Part shown: in pieces, positions 12,536-25,004 of the stretch
Position numbering within the stretch: position 1 is the first letter of the stretch
Layout: each line of letters starts with the position of its first letter
DNA from: Hydrolagus colliei
Lineage: Eukaryota
Direction: 5' to 3'
NCBI GenBank assembly: GCA_035084275.1
Contig: CM068759.1
Coordinates: 1,426,001-1,490,000 of the forward strand
DNA length: 64,000 nt
The notes under the pieces: generated by a model
The model's database searches: none
What the model saw: only the letters and a program-made list of their open reading frames with translations
Told to the model about the DNA's origin: nothing
Translations under genes and position numbers: made by a program

Positions 12536-14401
12536 GTACAATGAGAATGTTAGTCACTGCAAGGCTAGATGATGGCGGTATGTGGAAGATGGCAGTAGCT
12601 AGATATTCACCAATCGACGGGAACGGCAGTCAAGTGCTTTGACAAATGTATGCAAAGAGGTTACCTACCATAGGAAGATTTGCCCAGTGCCCCTCCAAAC
12701 CAACCTGATAAGGCTTTCTAACAAATGAAAGGATTATTATTATTATAGGTGAGATCCTGGGAACAATTAACACAGATGTCTTCGTCCCATTATTAACTTT
12801 TAAAAATATATATATATTTAAATGATTTGTATAGACTTTTTTTCAACATCCCACCAGGGATTAGAAGACAAAATGATAGCAGCTGTTTTGATTTTTTTGA
12901 ATATAACATTTTTTGTGTAAAATTCCATTCCTGCCTCATCTCCTGATGATCAAGAGGGCTTGACTTTGACAAACCTGAAAGTGTGCTACGCGTTGGAAGA
13001 TTGAAAAAGGAGCTGGGAAACGTACCTGGCGTTTTATTCGTCGATTAGCGTTTCGCTCGAGCATTTTAGCTGAATCACGGTTTCCTAAGAGGGTGGCTCC
13101 TTGTCTGCTATCCGGTTTGGAATCAGCAACGGATTGCGACCCGCACTTGGGAAGGCAGTGCTCCGGATCCAGCTCTCTGTGGCTCAGTTGGGAGCATTTA
13201 TTCAAGCAAGTCACTGGGGCTTCTTTTTTTTTGTGTGGTTAGATTCGTTTGTCCATGAGCTGAGAAATAATAAATAGCCTTTGAATGAAGGCAGTAAAGA
13301 TATTTTGATGGAATTGTTGAAGCCGGTATCTGACTTGTTTGTGGCGCAGAGAGAGTGAAATCTGTCGTGGCTATGTACTTGGATGGGAAGGAAAGTGTTC
13401 GAAAGGGCAAATTGTAGACATTGTCTCACCGGAGTGACAAATCAAATCTTGTCAGTAACAGTGGTATGGTTAGATTTACAGAAAGGCCACAAAGGGGGGG
13501 TAGTAGGATTGGAGAGATTATCTCCTCAAATGGATTGTTGCCATAATGGAAGAGATTTCATTTTTTTTTTCTCATTTTATTAATAACAACAACAACAAAA
13601 AAAAATGAGGGCTTTGGGTCTTAGAAAGAAAGACCCAAAGGTTGAGGTTTCTGAGCACCAACTAACTCAGTGCAATGTCCCCCGAACTGCATTTGTTTTG
13701 TTAAGACTGTAAATACGGCAAATCCTTTGGCTACTGCAGATGGAAAACATATGCATGAAGGCACCAGAATCGCACACGCACACGCAACCTAAATACATCT
13801 GAGTGGTCGATTGGATGCTGAGCATCTAATCAAGCTGTGGCGCACTCGACTTGCCAATGACATCACCGTACCAGCTGCACTCAATGCGCTGAACGAAGAG
13901 CTTGCAGACATCCATCCGGTTGACACAACAAGGCTGGTTGGAGACTCGATGTAGAAATCAATACACGTTGCTGAAAAATCCAGGTTTCCAAAAGCACAAA
14001 AGGAAAATTTGGTGCTTGGGATACCAGGCGCCAGGATCTCAAGGAGCACTGTGTTTTATACTGGGAATAATACAGTAATCATATCAATCTCGGAATTATT
14101 ATACCGGGCATATCCTCCCATATTGAAAGTGCATGTTTAAGTGGCAACAACACTTTTGACCAGTTTACAAAACATTTAATATCGTGCTTGAAAGTGTGTG
14201 CTTATAGAAATTTTACATATATATATATATACATATATATCTAGATAGATATATGTACATATGTGTGTGTATATATGCATTGTGCAATGGACCATCCTAT
14301 CACATATGCCTTAAAATACTTGGAATTGAAACCTTTCTCACATGTGGAGAGCATATTTCTGAATGCACCATTACGGTTATGTCTGATTTTGCATTGTTAT
14401 C

Positions 14402-14748
14402 TAATAATAATAATAATGATCCTTGCATTTGATATAGTGCTTTCCACATCTTATCAACGTCCCAAAGCACTTCACAGAATATACTGTAAAGTGAATTGAC
14501 TGTACATATTTGTGGGTGAATCGCGGCAGCCAATTGCGCACAGCAGCATCCCACACACAGTCGTGGATTGAAATGACCAATTTTATTATTGTGGGATTTT
14601 TTTTGGTGGGATTATTATTAGGCGTGTGGAGTAAGGAAACTTGCCCAAGGTTTCGCCCTGACCTGCCTGGATTCGAACACAGGTCTCCCCAACTTGGTCT
14701 CCCCAGCTTGCAAGACAAGTGCTCTAACCATTAAGGCACAGGAGCTCC
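14402..14748 (-). mobile_element. Full-length tRNA-derived SINE
   Basis: Complete head (GGAGCTCC, B box GTTCGAATCC) to (ATT)n tail. A 14-bp internal duplication lies in the tRNA-like head. Confidence 0.93.
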
Positions 14749-14984
14749 ATGTTAATGCTTAGTTATGTGCATGTCCAGGGAATTCTGTACTTCCTAATCT
14801 ACACATACTTTTTTTTTAAATCAAGTACTTTGGTTCAGGTATGACTGAACACTGCATTAAAGTAATACTGCATTAATATCAGTTTTTATGCTTTTTGTCT
14901 ATTAGAGCATATATTGTTTTAAAAATCGTCGACAGTGTATTGATTTGTTGATCAAATAGTAAGCTATTTTTGAATATCCATATA

Positions 14985-15020
<36 letters not shown>

Positions 15021-15436
15021 ATACTGTGTACAAGAAATTGGATAAGGCAGTGAATATATTGTGCTCTTATTGGGGGGAATGGACTTATTCAAGTGATCAG
15101 TCCAGATAGATAATTCTCTGACTATCTAATTCTTGAGGTTTGAGGGACACCACTGATATGAAATAAATCTTCTCTCGTGGGTCTTCATAATATATTCTGT
15201 TTATATTTTGCATTAAATATTAATCTGATAGAAAATTGGATAAAGTTAATTAGGTAAATTTTAGGTTTAGTGGTTCACCATATTCCTCTGTGGTTTAGCA
15301 AGTGACTCTGGAAGGAGCGTCGGTCCTAATTAGGCTTCGGTTGTTGGGGTTTAGGCCATTTATCCTTTGAACATTCTCTTTACATTAATTAATTAACTCC
15401 CCCCTTTCTCACACACACACACAAGCACACTCTCAA

Positions 15437-15690
15437 TCTATGGCTCAGTGGCTAATTGCATAGACTGCTGTGGTACAGGCCCATACAGATTAAGATCAAT
15501 CCGTATTAATCTACATGGAAGTAATCATTCTCGGACACCGTTCTTGCACGTGTGATGGAAATCCGCCTAACAGGAAGCTAGTCGACATATGCTTCACGTT
15601 TGACTACAATGCCTATACAATGGTGAAATGAATGACCTGCTTCACTCACATCCTTATCCAGAGTCACACATTAATTGGGTCGAGGTATTT
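15437..15690 (+). mobile_element. Highly decayed ancient SINE, AmnSINE2-like
   Basis: TCTATGGCTCAGTGG...CCATACAGA head and CACTCAC...TCACACAT...GAGGTA block resemble the recalled AmnSINE2 consensus and the copy at 51755. Confidence 0.4.
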
Positions 15691-15723
15691 AATTTGAACT
15701 GTCCCAACTCCAGTCAGTACGCT

Positions 15724-15724
<1 letters not shown>

Positions 15725-15763
<39 letters not shown>
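15725..15763 (+). repeat. 39-nt poly-G homopolymer
   Basis: Seen directly. Length may be affected by sequencing error. Confidence 0.9.
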
Positions 15764-15764
<1 letters not shown>

Positions 15765-16030
15765 ATATTCTTAGTAATTAATAAAACATTTTATGGTGAC
15801 ATGGCTAGAATATAAAATCAATAGTGAAGTTCAGACATGGGAAGAAAAACAACGCTGGACAAACAGCAGCTGTTATGCTCTGGTTATGGATATACACGAT
15901 TTTTTTAAAAAAAATCTTAGAATTGTGTTTTTTTTGGAAATGGTCAAAATCTAACCACCGTGACACATCATCCATGATCTAATAGATTAACAGAATGACA
16001 GAACATGCTCAAGGGGCTGAATTAATGCAT

Positions 16031-16350
16031 AAATAAATAATAATCCTTGCATTTCACATTGCGCTTTTCACGCCTTTTAAGACGTCTCGACGGGCGTCAC
16101 AGAATATACTGTAAAGTGAATTGACTGTACATTTGTGGGAGAAACGCGACAGCCAATCATGCACGGTATCGTCCCACACAAATAGTCATGGATTGAAAAT
16201 GACCAATTTTATTATCGTTTTTTTTATTTTTGGAGAGATTATTAGCAGGCGTTTATGAAGTAAGGTAACTTCCTCAAGGTTTCACCCTGCCTGGAATCGA
16301 ACCCAGGTCCCTTGCTTATAAGGCGAGTACTCTAACCACTGAGCTACACG
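16031..16350 (-). mobile_element. Full-length SINE inserted into a + strand CR1 tail
   Basis: Flanks GCTCAAGGGGCTGAAT (16007-16022) and ATGGCCTACTCCT (16361-16373) rejoin into the CR1 terminal motif. Confidence 0.88.
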
Positions 16351-16950
16351 ACATTCAACAATGGCCTACTCCTATCCAAAAGGGCATAGCGACAGTATGA
16401 TGACACAACAAATGCAGAGATAGAGAGCGATTTAAATGATGCAGGAATTTCAGATAATCTGGAATCCAGATGAATATTCAGAAGTGGAAAATATTCCAGT
16501 TACTTTTGACAGCGTTAGTTGTGGTGGTAAATATGTTCTTGCGTAATTTGCGATTGAATTTTTTAAAAAAACCATCTAAAGGATAATGAAATGCAAACAG
16601 TTCTATAAACCCGCTTTGCTCATTCAAATGAAGCAGATTGAACTGTCAAGAGAGGTTTTGGAAATGACACAGCTTGACACACCCCTAAAAGAGCTGGGTG
16701 GGGGATATTCTAACCGTAGACATCGACGAAGTCCTTATTTCACACAATGGAAATGATGTCAGCGACCTTCACCACGGGCTATTTAAACCTGGAGCAAACA
16801 TGGTTTAAAGGTTCTTTTTTCAAACCAGTTCACGTTGAGGCTGTCGAGTCAGGAGTTCCATGTTCCTTGAACGACACCAGTTTCAAGGGAAGCCGCAAGA
16901 AATTATTATTTGAATCAGGAAAGTCCAAAACCCCGCGCAACTGATTTATT

Positions 16951-17180
16951 ATAATAATAATACTAATAATAATCCTTGCATTCGATATAGCGGCTTTTCA
17001 CATCATCTAGACGTCTCAAAGCGCTTCAACAGCATAGGCTGTAAAGTGAATTGACTGTATAATTGTGGGAGAAACGCGGCAGCCAATTGCGCACAGCAGC
17101 GTTCCCCAGAAACAGTCGTGGATTGAAATGACCAATTTTTCAAAAATGTATTGGGTTTTTTTGGAGAGCGGGATTATTAC
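16951..17180 (-). mobile_element. 5'-truncated SINE
   Basis: Tail and body match the family. The tRNA head is missing. Confidence 0.9.
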
Positions 17181-17278
17181 GGATTTGAGACACGTTGGGA
17201 AGAATCGGTGCCTATCACATTCCCAGATAAAACCCACATTGATGAGTCATTCAATTGGAACTATTCCCCAAGCGGGAA

Positions 17279-17392
17279 ATAATAATAACAATCAGAATTC
17301 TTGACATGGCGGCTTTTCACGTCTTCTAGGCGTCTCAAAGCGCTTCACAGAATATACTGTCAAGTGAATTGACTGTATATTTGTGGGCGAAA
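17279..17392 (-). mobile_element. SINE 3' fragment
   Basis: GTCTCAAAGCGCTTCACAGAATATACTG family motif. Confidence 0.85.
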
Positions 17393-18009
17393 TAACCGAG
17401 GGATTCGACCACAAATTATATACATAAAACGAGTCAAAGCAAACACAAAGTAATAGGAATTTGGGGAGGGGAGGGAGGGAGAGTTCTTGCAGAGTTTTAA
17501 AAAGCATTAAAAAAGGCTACAAATACACCCAGAAAGCGGCTAACCTTAAACTCCTTACCAGGATACAGACACTGAAACTTCTTCAGATCATCTCAACAAC
17601 TAATTCTCATTAGGTTTCTTTTTGAACCAGTCCAGCATGTTTATATATATAATATATATATTATATTGGTATATATATATACTGTGTATATATACCAATC
17701 GATCTCATTGATAGCACAAAAGGCAGATTGAGGATTTTGTCAAACTAAACTGACCTTGGTTTGCAAATAGTTTTCACTTAAAATTACATATAATATCACA
17801 CACTCACATGTATACATTTATATTAAAACATTTTCCTGTGATGGATTTGCAATGGCAACCACGAGATCTTTCGAATATCTATTCCTTTCTACCAAGTTTT
17901 CATTTAAAATTTCGTTTAAAACAACTGAGTGAAAAGCCCCCCTTTTTTTTCTCTATTTTTAAACCCCAAAAAATTCCAGTCTTTTGCCGGAAAATTTAAA
18001 TAATGAGAA

Positions 18010-18090
18010 TAACAATAATAATAATCATAATTTTAGCATTTGTTAAAACGCCTGATCAGGTTTTTAGAGACGTCTCAAAACTCTTTCAAC
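18010..18090 (-). mobile_element. Decayed SINE tail
   Basis: (AAT)n then GCATTTG...GAGACGTCTCAAA. Confidence 0.6.
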
Positions 18091-20387
18091 CCCCAAAAAT
18101 TATACTGAACTAATTTGAATTTGTTTCCAAGAACAAAATGAAGACAGATTTCTGCTAGAAAATAATTACAATACAATATACAATACACCACAAGCTGCCG
18201 GGACTGTGGAAACCCAGCCAACTAGATAAACCTTGTCCATCATACATTCATTCACCCAGTATTTTCTTAAGTCTTAAATTCTTCTAAATCCTGTATCCCG
18301 TCTGTGCAGAGTATAAAGTTGTGTTTTTGTTTTAACCTCGCAAAGTAGAGTTTCCTAACACAACAAAAGCTTTAAAAATGTATTATTAAATATATATATT
18401 TATATATAAACAATTTCCTATTTGAAAATAATAATCATATTTAATATAAATATAACTGGCTGAACTTGATAGCAATGAGATTCCTTACTAAGGCCGGTGG
18501 TAATGTGGGCTTTCAAACTGGAGGAGGCGTTCTCCTGACACTGATTTCAGACTCACTGCTCAATAATACATGGATTTATTTTCTGTGCTGATAAAAAAAA
18601 TTGAAGCAAAATATAAGCTGTAAATACTAGAACAATTAACACGCTTCCACCTCCACCCACAACCCCCCCCAAAAAAATCTCTCTAGCTTTTGTTGAAACT
18701 AAACTATGAATTCCACTAAGCTCAAACAGAAATATTTATATATTCAAATAAATAATAATAGGTGAGGTATGGAAAAAAAACAATAGTTTTGTTAACCGAC
18801 GCAAGAAATAACTTGAAAAGGAAATGAAAAATTAAGCAAATCTCTTAAAATTCAATATTCTGTCGGATTTGGGCCTGATTGAGAATAATAGAACCAATAC
18901 AGTACATGGGGGGGGGGGGAGTGTAAATAATCTCATCCATAAAAATTGTTAAAATCAGAATATTTTATACCCTTGTTTATATTGTGATGGCGGTTTCTCT
19001 CCATCATTTGACTATTCAGGAGTCAGGAATCCTCTGTGTTATTCTCTTGGTTAATGCCCCCCCCCCCCCCACCTGTATATAAACACACACACATTATTGA
19101 AAGGTGGATTGGAAATTGGAGATTCTCCCCCCTCCCCACTACCCACCCCCCGCCCACCTCTCAAAAAAATCAATCCGTTTCCACTGTTATACTGTTTTGC
19201 TTAGAGAGAATCAAGCTAATAGTTGTGTAAATTGGAGGGGGGGGGAAAACACATGTTTAGAGACAAGACAGAAGAGAAACCTTTCCATCAAAAAGATATA
19301 TATTTAAATATAATAAAATAGATATACATCAGCTTTGATACCAGCCTGATAGGAAAGTCAATCTCATTCAATGTATACACAGTGAATTACAGTCTAAATT
19401 TTTTTAAAAACAATGACTGTTAATATATCTAATACATATATATTCTTTAAACACCTATTAAAAGTCGGTGGTTTGCCAGGTTTAGTCTAAAATTAGTTTT
19501 AAAAAAATAAGCGTTTTTTTTTTAATCGTTCTTAACTCGACCGATAGAAGTTAAGCGTTAGTTAAGTTAGTTAGTTAATTAATGCATTAGACCCACCATT
19601 CGTTCGGTTGATGGCAAGTTCATCGGTTTAGCCGCTTTTGTTGTTAAAGTTTGAACCATTTCAAGTTAGCAGAGGTACAAACCAGGACAAGATAAGGCGC
19701 TTTTATTAGCTGATGTGTGGGACGGATTGGGGGGTGGGGAGGGAAGGGGGTGGGGAGTGAGTTGAATGGAGAGAGATGATTTTTTAAAAAAAAACATGGA
19801 ACCAATGCAGAATTGAGCGTCCAATAAGACTTGTTTTTTTTAATGCTATTATAGTCTATATAGAGCATCCTCCTCCTCACCCTCTTCCTCATCACCATCA
19901 AGCTGAACACCACTGTGTGCTGATGATGTGTCTCTATAAACACGAAATTGTCAGTCAATCATGGCCCTGGGTGTTTCAAACACACACACAGATATATATA
20001 TATATATATAAGGACTTATTGTTGGAAAATTGGGTCATCTCTCTTTTTCTCTCTCTCTCTCTCTGTCACTTCTCTCCTCCCTCACACTCCCCCCTCCCCC
20101 CCCCCCCCCCAATACTCCCCCCCCCGCCCCCCATTTTATTTAACAGACAAACTCGTTTCAGAAAAATCCTGGTGAAATCAGAATGTGCAATAAATAAACA
20201 GCCACTCAAAACAATGCTGCTCTCACATAAAACTGGTCAGTTAAGACTTCAAATGATATATATATATATATCTATATAGATGGATAGATATTTATATGTT
20301 TTAAAAAATTCAGAACTTAGTTTAATCCAAAACAGAATTAGAAACCAGGGTTAGAAAGAGAGAAAAAAGACAGATATGAATAATAAA

Positions 20388-20453
20388 CTATAATAATAAA
20401 CTTGCATTTGATATAGCGCCTTATCACATCTCCGAGACGTCTCAAAGCGCTTC
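20388..20453 (-). mobile_element. SINE tail fragment
   Basis: CTTGCATTTGATATAGCGCC...GAGACGTCTCAAAGCGCTTC. Confidence 0.8.
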
Positions 20454-21822
20454 TCAAGGACATCTCAAGGTACCTTTCTGATTCAATGCAGTTTGCTTCC
20501 CCCCTCCCCCCCCCCCACCCCCCACTCAACCAATATTACATTTCCTGGATAAAGGATAAAAGAAACAAAACGACTTCATGTCTCCCTAGGCCACCCTCAC
20601 CCACCTACCCACAGGCACACAAACCCACACCCACCCATCCATCCACCCCCCCCCCCCCCCCACACACACACACACACACGAACCCACACACACCCCCCCC
20701 CCCCCCCACCCACACCCATCCATACCCACACACACCCCTGAAATATGGCTATTCTACTGGTCCCCACCTCAATCCAATGACTTCAGTGTTCTGCCCCCCC
20801 CCCCCCCCCCCCCCCAAGTTCACATTGGGCTGTGAACTTGCTTTATAGACATTAACCTCTGGGATATTAACAATGAGGGAAAAATAATTATTTCTTCAAC
20901 TGAGGAACATCAGGACATTTGGGTTTTGGTGGGTTTTTTTGGTGGGGGGGGAGGCAGGGGGGGGGGGGGGGTGTTGTTGGCTGAGTGGGTAGGGGAGAAA
21001 AACTCTTAGTTTTAATGGTTGTGGAATGGAATAATCACAAAAGGGAGAGTCTCTACATTTGGTCGACACTTCAATTCAGGGGCAGAGAATATCACCACCA
21101 CAACCTGCTTCAGGCTTTGAATTTACAAGTCGGTATTTCAATCAGTAATACGCTAGGCGCTCTCTCTCTCTCTCTTATATATATATATATATATATACAT
21201 ACAAAATATGCACATACACACACTCACACACACACATACTCTCTCTCTTACACACATGGTATATCTATACACATTTTAAAAACAAATCTATCATCACAGT
21301 CACACTGTTTGTATACAGCTTATGATTTTACACCTCTATTCACCTCGAATTCTTATTTGACAACAAACTATTATTTCTCTTCCCCCCCCCCCACCACCCC
21401 CTCCCTTAGGTTGTTGTTAGGTGTGTGTGTGGGGGGGGGGGGGGCTGTTTTCTCTCTCTCTCCAGCTCACGCGAAATTTCAAAAGTTGCATTAAATAACA
21501 CTGCCTTGGAACATTGTCCATCTATTCACAACACTGGTCAACCAAACAAATATAGAGACACACTCCCCCACACACCCTCCCCTTACCCTCCATCCCCACC
21601 TTGTTTCCCCCCCACAGTAAAGCTTAACCATTTAAAGAAAAGATTAGACTTGCCTTTTGCCTTTATGCCTCTGCCCTGATAAACACACACAGGGAGGGAG
21701 TATATCTCTCATTGCCTACCTGCAAGACTCTCTCCTCTCTCTCTCTGTGTGTGTCTCTGTGTGTGTGTGTCTCTGTGTGTGTGTGTCTATACACAGAGAG
21801 CTGAAAAGGTTTGAAGTTTTAA

Positions 21823-21901
21823 CTGCACTTCTCTGGCATTCACCGCGTGCCTTAATTGTATAAACATTAAATCAATGGTCCGCTGTGAACACTGAGAGCA
21901 G
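21823..21901 (-). ncRNA. MIR124-3: miR-124 precursor hairpin, probable MIR124-3 orthologue
   Basis: Minus strand CUGCUCUCAGUGUUCACAGCGGACCAUUGAUUUAAUGUUUAUACAAUUAAGGCACGCGGUGAAUGCCAGAGAAGUGCAG. Both arms pair, loop length equals recalled human mir-124-3, and a CNNC motif (CUUC, 21816-21813) sits ~17 nt past the 3' arm. Confidence 0.97.
21833..21854 (-). ncRNA. MIR124: Mature miR-124-3p UAAGGCACGCGGUGAAUGCC(AG)
   Basis: Exact 20/20 match to canonical miR-124 at 21835-21854. Confidence 0.98.
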
Positions 21902-23377
21902 GAGTTAGTTTCCCCCCGAGAAGCTCAAACTATCCGATCCACTGTACATGTGTAAATATAACCCCCCCCCCACACACACACACACACCCCACACACACAC
22001 ACACACCATTGTAAAGCCAAATGAGATGGTCCTATTTCTTCCCCCCACCCTCCACACACCCATCTCCCTCCCTCCCTCCCTATTCCCTCTCTCCCTCTCT
22101 CCCTCCCCACCCCCCCCCCCCCCTTCTCTCTCCCTCCCTCTCCCCCTTCCCTCTAATATATAAAATATAATATAATAGGATAATATACTGGGAAAAGGCG
22201 TGAAATCCATTCTATTAGCTCAAAACACAAAAAAAATCATTTCTTAAGATTTATCAGACATGGCAATGCTATCAACACATTATATATATATAGTTATATT
22301 ATATATAGAGAGAGACAGATATATAAGCTGCACTGACAGCTGAAACGTTGCATTAAAGGTCTCGAAAACAATGGGAGAATTTTTAAACCTTGGTCGGTTC
22401 TAAACCCAGGCAGTGTGAACTCGAACCAGACAATCCAACTCCCTTCAAGAATTTTACAAGACAAAAAAAATATATTAAACTCACCCCCCCTCACCCACCC
22501 CACCCACCTACCCTCCCCCCTCACCCACCCACCTTACCCACCCACCACCAAAAAAAAACCTATATACATTTTTTCTTAAAAAAAAACCTTTTTTTAAAAG
22601 ATTTTTTTAAAAAAAAAAACTCGTGTGTGTCGCCCCCCCCCCCCCCCCCCCACCCCTCCACTCCCCACCCCAGTTACTCGCCACATTTCAAAAATAAAGA
22701 TTCAATTACAAAAAAAATGAGAATCGGTTGCCAATATTACATCTATTTCTCTGTCTCTCTTTGGTTGAGTTTTTTCCCTGTGTTGCCCAAGTTACAGGGT
22801 AGAAAGGAAAGGACACTTTGCACTCGACAGTTCATTCTAAGCCCCCCCCCCCCCCATCAACCCCCATCAGTACAGTGTCTAACACCGCTATAAAAGCAGA
22901 GATTTTTTTTTATACCCATTTCCAACAGCTTGCTCTGGTGTCTGTCTGACTTTCTCTCTGACACACATCCATTGTTAACGAAACTCCATCCCAAGTGCGC
23001 CTCTTTCTCTTCCTTTCTCTGTCTCTCTCTTCTTTTTTTCTCTCTTTCCATCTCTCTCCATCTCTCTCCCTCCCTCCATCTCTCTCCTCCCCTCTCTCTG
23101 TCCCTCACGTTCACTTGAACAGAACTGAGGGAAGAGAGAGAGTGTGTGTGTGTGTGAGAGAGACAAAAAAAAAACATTGATCTCTCAGCATTGAGTCTTT
23201 TCATTCTCTCTCCTACCCCCCCCCCTTTCCTTCCTTCGTCTTCCCCCCCCCCCCCCCCCACACTCTCTCTCTCTCTCCTCCCTCCCTCTTTCTCTCCCTC
23301 CCACATCTCATCTCATCCTACAATACCGAAGAGAAAGGACACCAGCAATTGTTCGCAGTCTTCCATAGCATTGGTCG

Positions 23378-23580
23378 NNNNNNNNNNNNNNNNNNNNNNN
23401 NNNNNNNNNNNNNNNNNNNNNNNNNNNNNNNNNNNNNNNNNNNNNNNNNNNNNNNNNNNNNNNNNNNNNNNNNNNNNNNNNNNNNNNNNNNNNNNNNNNN
23501 NNNNNNNNNNNNNNNNNNNNNNNNNNNNNNNNNNNNNNNNNNNNNNNNNNNNNNNNNNNNNNNNNNNNNNNNNNNNNNNN
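23378..23580. other. Assembly gap (N run)
   Basis: About 200 N. True length unknown. Confidence 0.99.
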
Positions 23581-23665
23581 TAAAGGGAGAGGAGGAAGGG
23601 TAAGGGGGGGGGTTAAGAAAGAAAGAGCTTGTGAGTTGGAAGAACGTTGGTTGTTTGGTGTCTCT

Positions 23666-23706
<41 letters not shown>

Positions 23707-23910
23707 CTCCCAGATTGTTGCAAAGAGTCGAGTGAAAGCTTCTTCAATTTATCCGGTTGTCTTGATGGGACTCGAGAGCAGTTTGGTCCACTCTTCGTGT
23801 GTGAAGCTGATCCTGATCCAGTCCTGACGGATTAATCTCTCTCTCTCCCTCCCTCTCTCCCTCCCTCCTTCCTCTCTCTCTCTGCCCTCTCTCTGTGTGT
23901 CCAGACAAGC

Positions 23911-23975
23911 AATACATCTGCTGATTGGGTTCATTCAGCTCAAGAGGATTACATTGGGACCCATGACGTCATTGC
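23911..23975 (-). promoter_or_regulatory. Putative pri-miR-124 proximal promoter
   Basis: Perfect CRE palindrome ATGACGTCAT (23963-23972), two minus-strand CCAAT boxes (23957-23953; CCAATCAG 23928-23921) and E-box CATCTG (23915-23920), ~2 kb upstream of the hairpin. Confidence 0.65.
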
Positions 23976-24721
23976 CAGGACTCAACTTCTTCTCCCATTA
24001 AAAACCAAATACTGATCAGCAAAGATGTTCTTTACTGAATGAGAGGGAGGGAGGGGTAGGGGGGGGGGGAGCTAGGTTCTAACCTCACCCCCTTACTAAC
24101 TTAAAGACATCTATTATTATTTACAGTATTATTAATATATATGTTTTAAAATCACACACACACACAATATATACATACACATGATTTATTGCCCCAAATC
24201 ATACCCAGGTATTATTTCTTCCTAGCCACAATTTATTCTCCCTAAAAAATTTTTTTTTTTTTGGAGATCCCATTTCTGTAGCGTGGGTGAAAGGCTCTAT
24301 AATCCGATAAACCAGTTAGGTTGCTTTTTCTAATTTTAGAAGTTAAGTACTGGATATGCCTCGACCAGAAACGCAATCTCCTCTCTTATAGATACTTTAT
24401 TAAATATATTATATATATATATATGTGTGTGTGTGTGTATTTTATAAACCATACATTATCAAATGGCGCAGACTAGTTTGGAGTTACATAATGATGACAG
24501 TACAGAAAGCATTTCAGATTTTTTTTTAAAAAAAGAAATCAATAGGACAATGTCAATATCTCTGGTTGCTGTGAAGAAAATTCTAAATGTGAACGAGTGA
24601 ACGAATGAATGAATTTAGTGGACTGCAAATTAGTAACATTAGGGTTTTTTATTTCCTAAAAAAAACTGTTTGATGAATATGTGTGTGTGTGTTTGTGTGT
24701 GTTCACCAGTAACATTGAGAG

Positions 24722-24742
24722 ACCGCTGTCCATGGTATTGAA
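24722..24742 (-). promoter_or_regulatory. REST/NRSF RE1 site
   Basis: TTCAATACCATGGACAGCGGT, 16/21 to consensus TTCAGCACCACGGACAGCGCC. REST repression of miR-124 loci is established in mammals. Confidence 0.75.
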
Positions 24743-24983
24743 GAGAATCAGCACTTTTTAAAATACTGTATACTGTATATATATATATATATATAACCTT
24801 TCAGGGTGACCTCACTGTTACTTAATCTGGACAGATCTCTGACAGTTGCCTAAATTTTCTGCTGGCTAGAATTCAACCAGGATTTATACAGATCTCTCTC
24901 TGCCTTGACATTTAGCGAATGTGGGCTTTTTTTCCTTCCATAATTCCTACTGTTTTTGGTACATCACAAAGATAGGGAATTCC

Positions 24984-25004
24984 ATCCACACCATGGACAG
25001 CGAA
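24984..25004 (+). promoter_or_regulatory. Second RE1-like site
   Basis: ATCCACACCATGGACAGCGAA, 15/21 to consensus. The right half is intact. Confidence 0.55.

Larger units (their letters stand above)
19685..23900 (-). ncRNA. Putative spliced pri-miR-124 host transcript
   Basis: Minus-strand signals: promoter ~23.9 kb, donor AAC|GTGAGG (23109/23108), acceptor CTCTGCTTTTATAG (22888), hairpin-containing exon, donor CAG|GTAGGC (21720/21719), acceptors at 20545 and 19934, and AATAAA at 19707-19702 followed by GU-rich sequence. Ends are inferred. Confidence 0.5.

Noticed and set aside
14401-14734. Recurring ORFs such as [19 protein letters not shown] and CKDYYYY
   Set aside because: They are the same SINE read in different copies, not a gene family.
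19849-19932. Acidic micro-ORF DTSSAHSGVQLDGDEEEGEEEDALYRL in the last host exon
   Set aside because: Splicing from the 21720 donor gives a frame with no ATG after the upstream TGA at 21872. The acidity comes from a GAG/GAT low-complexity run.
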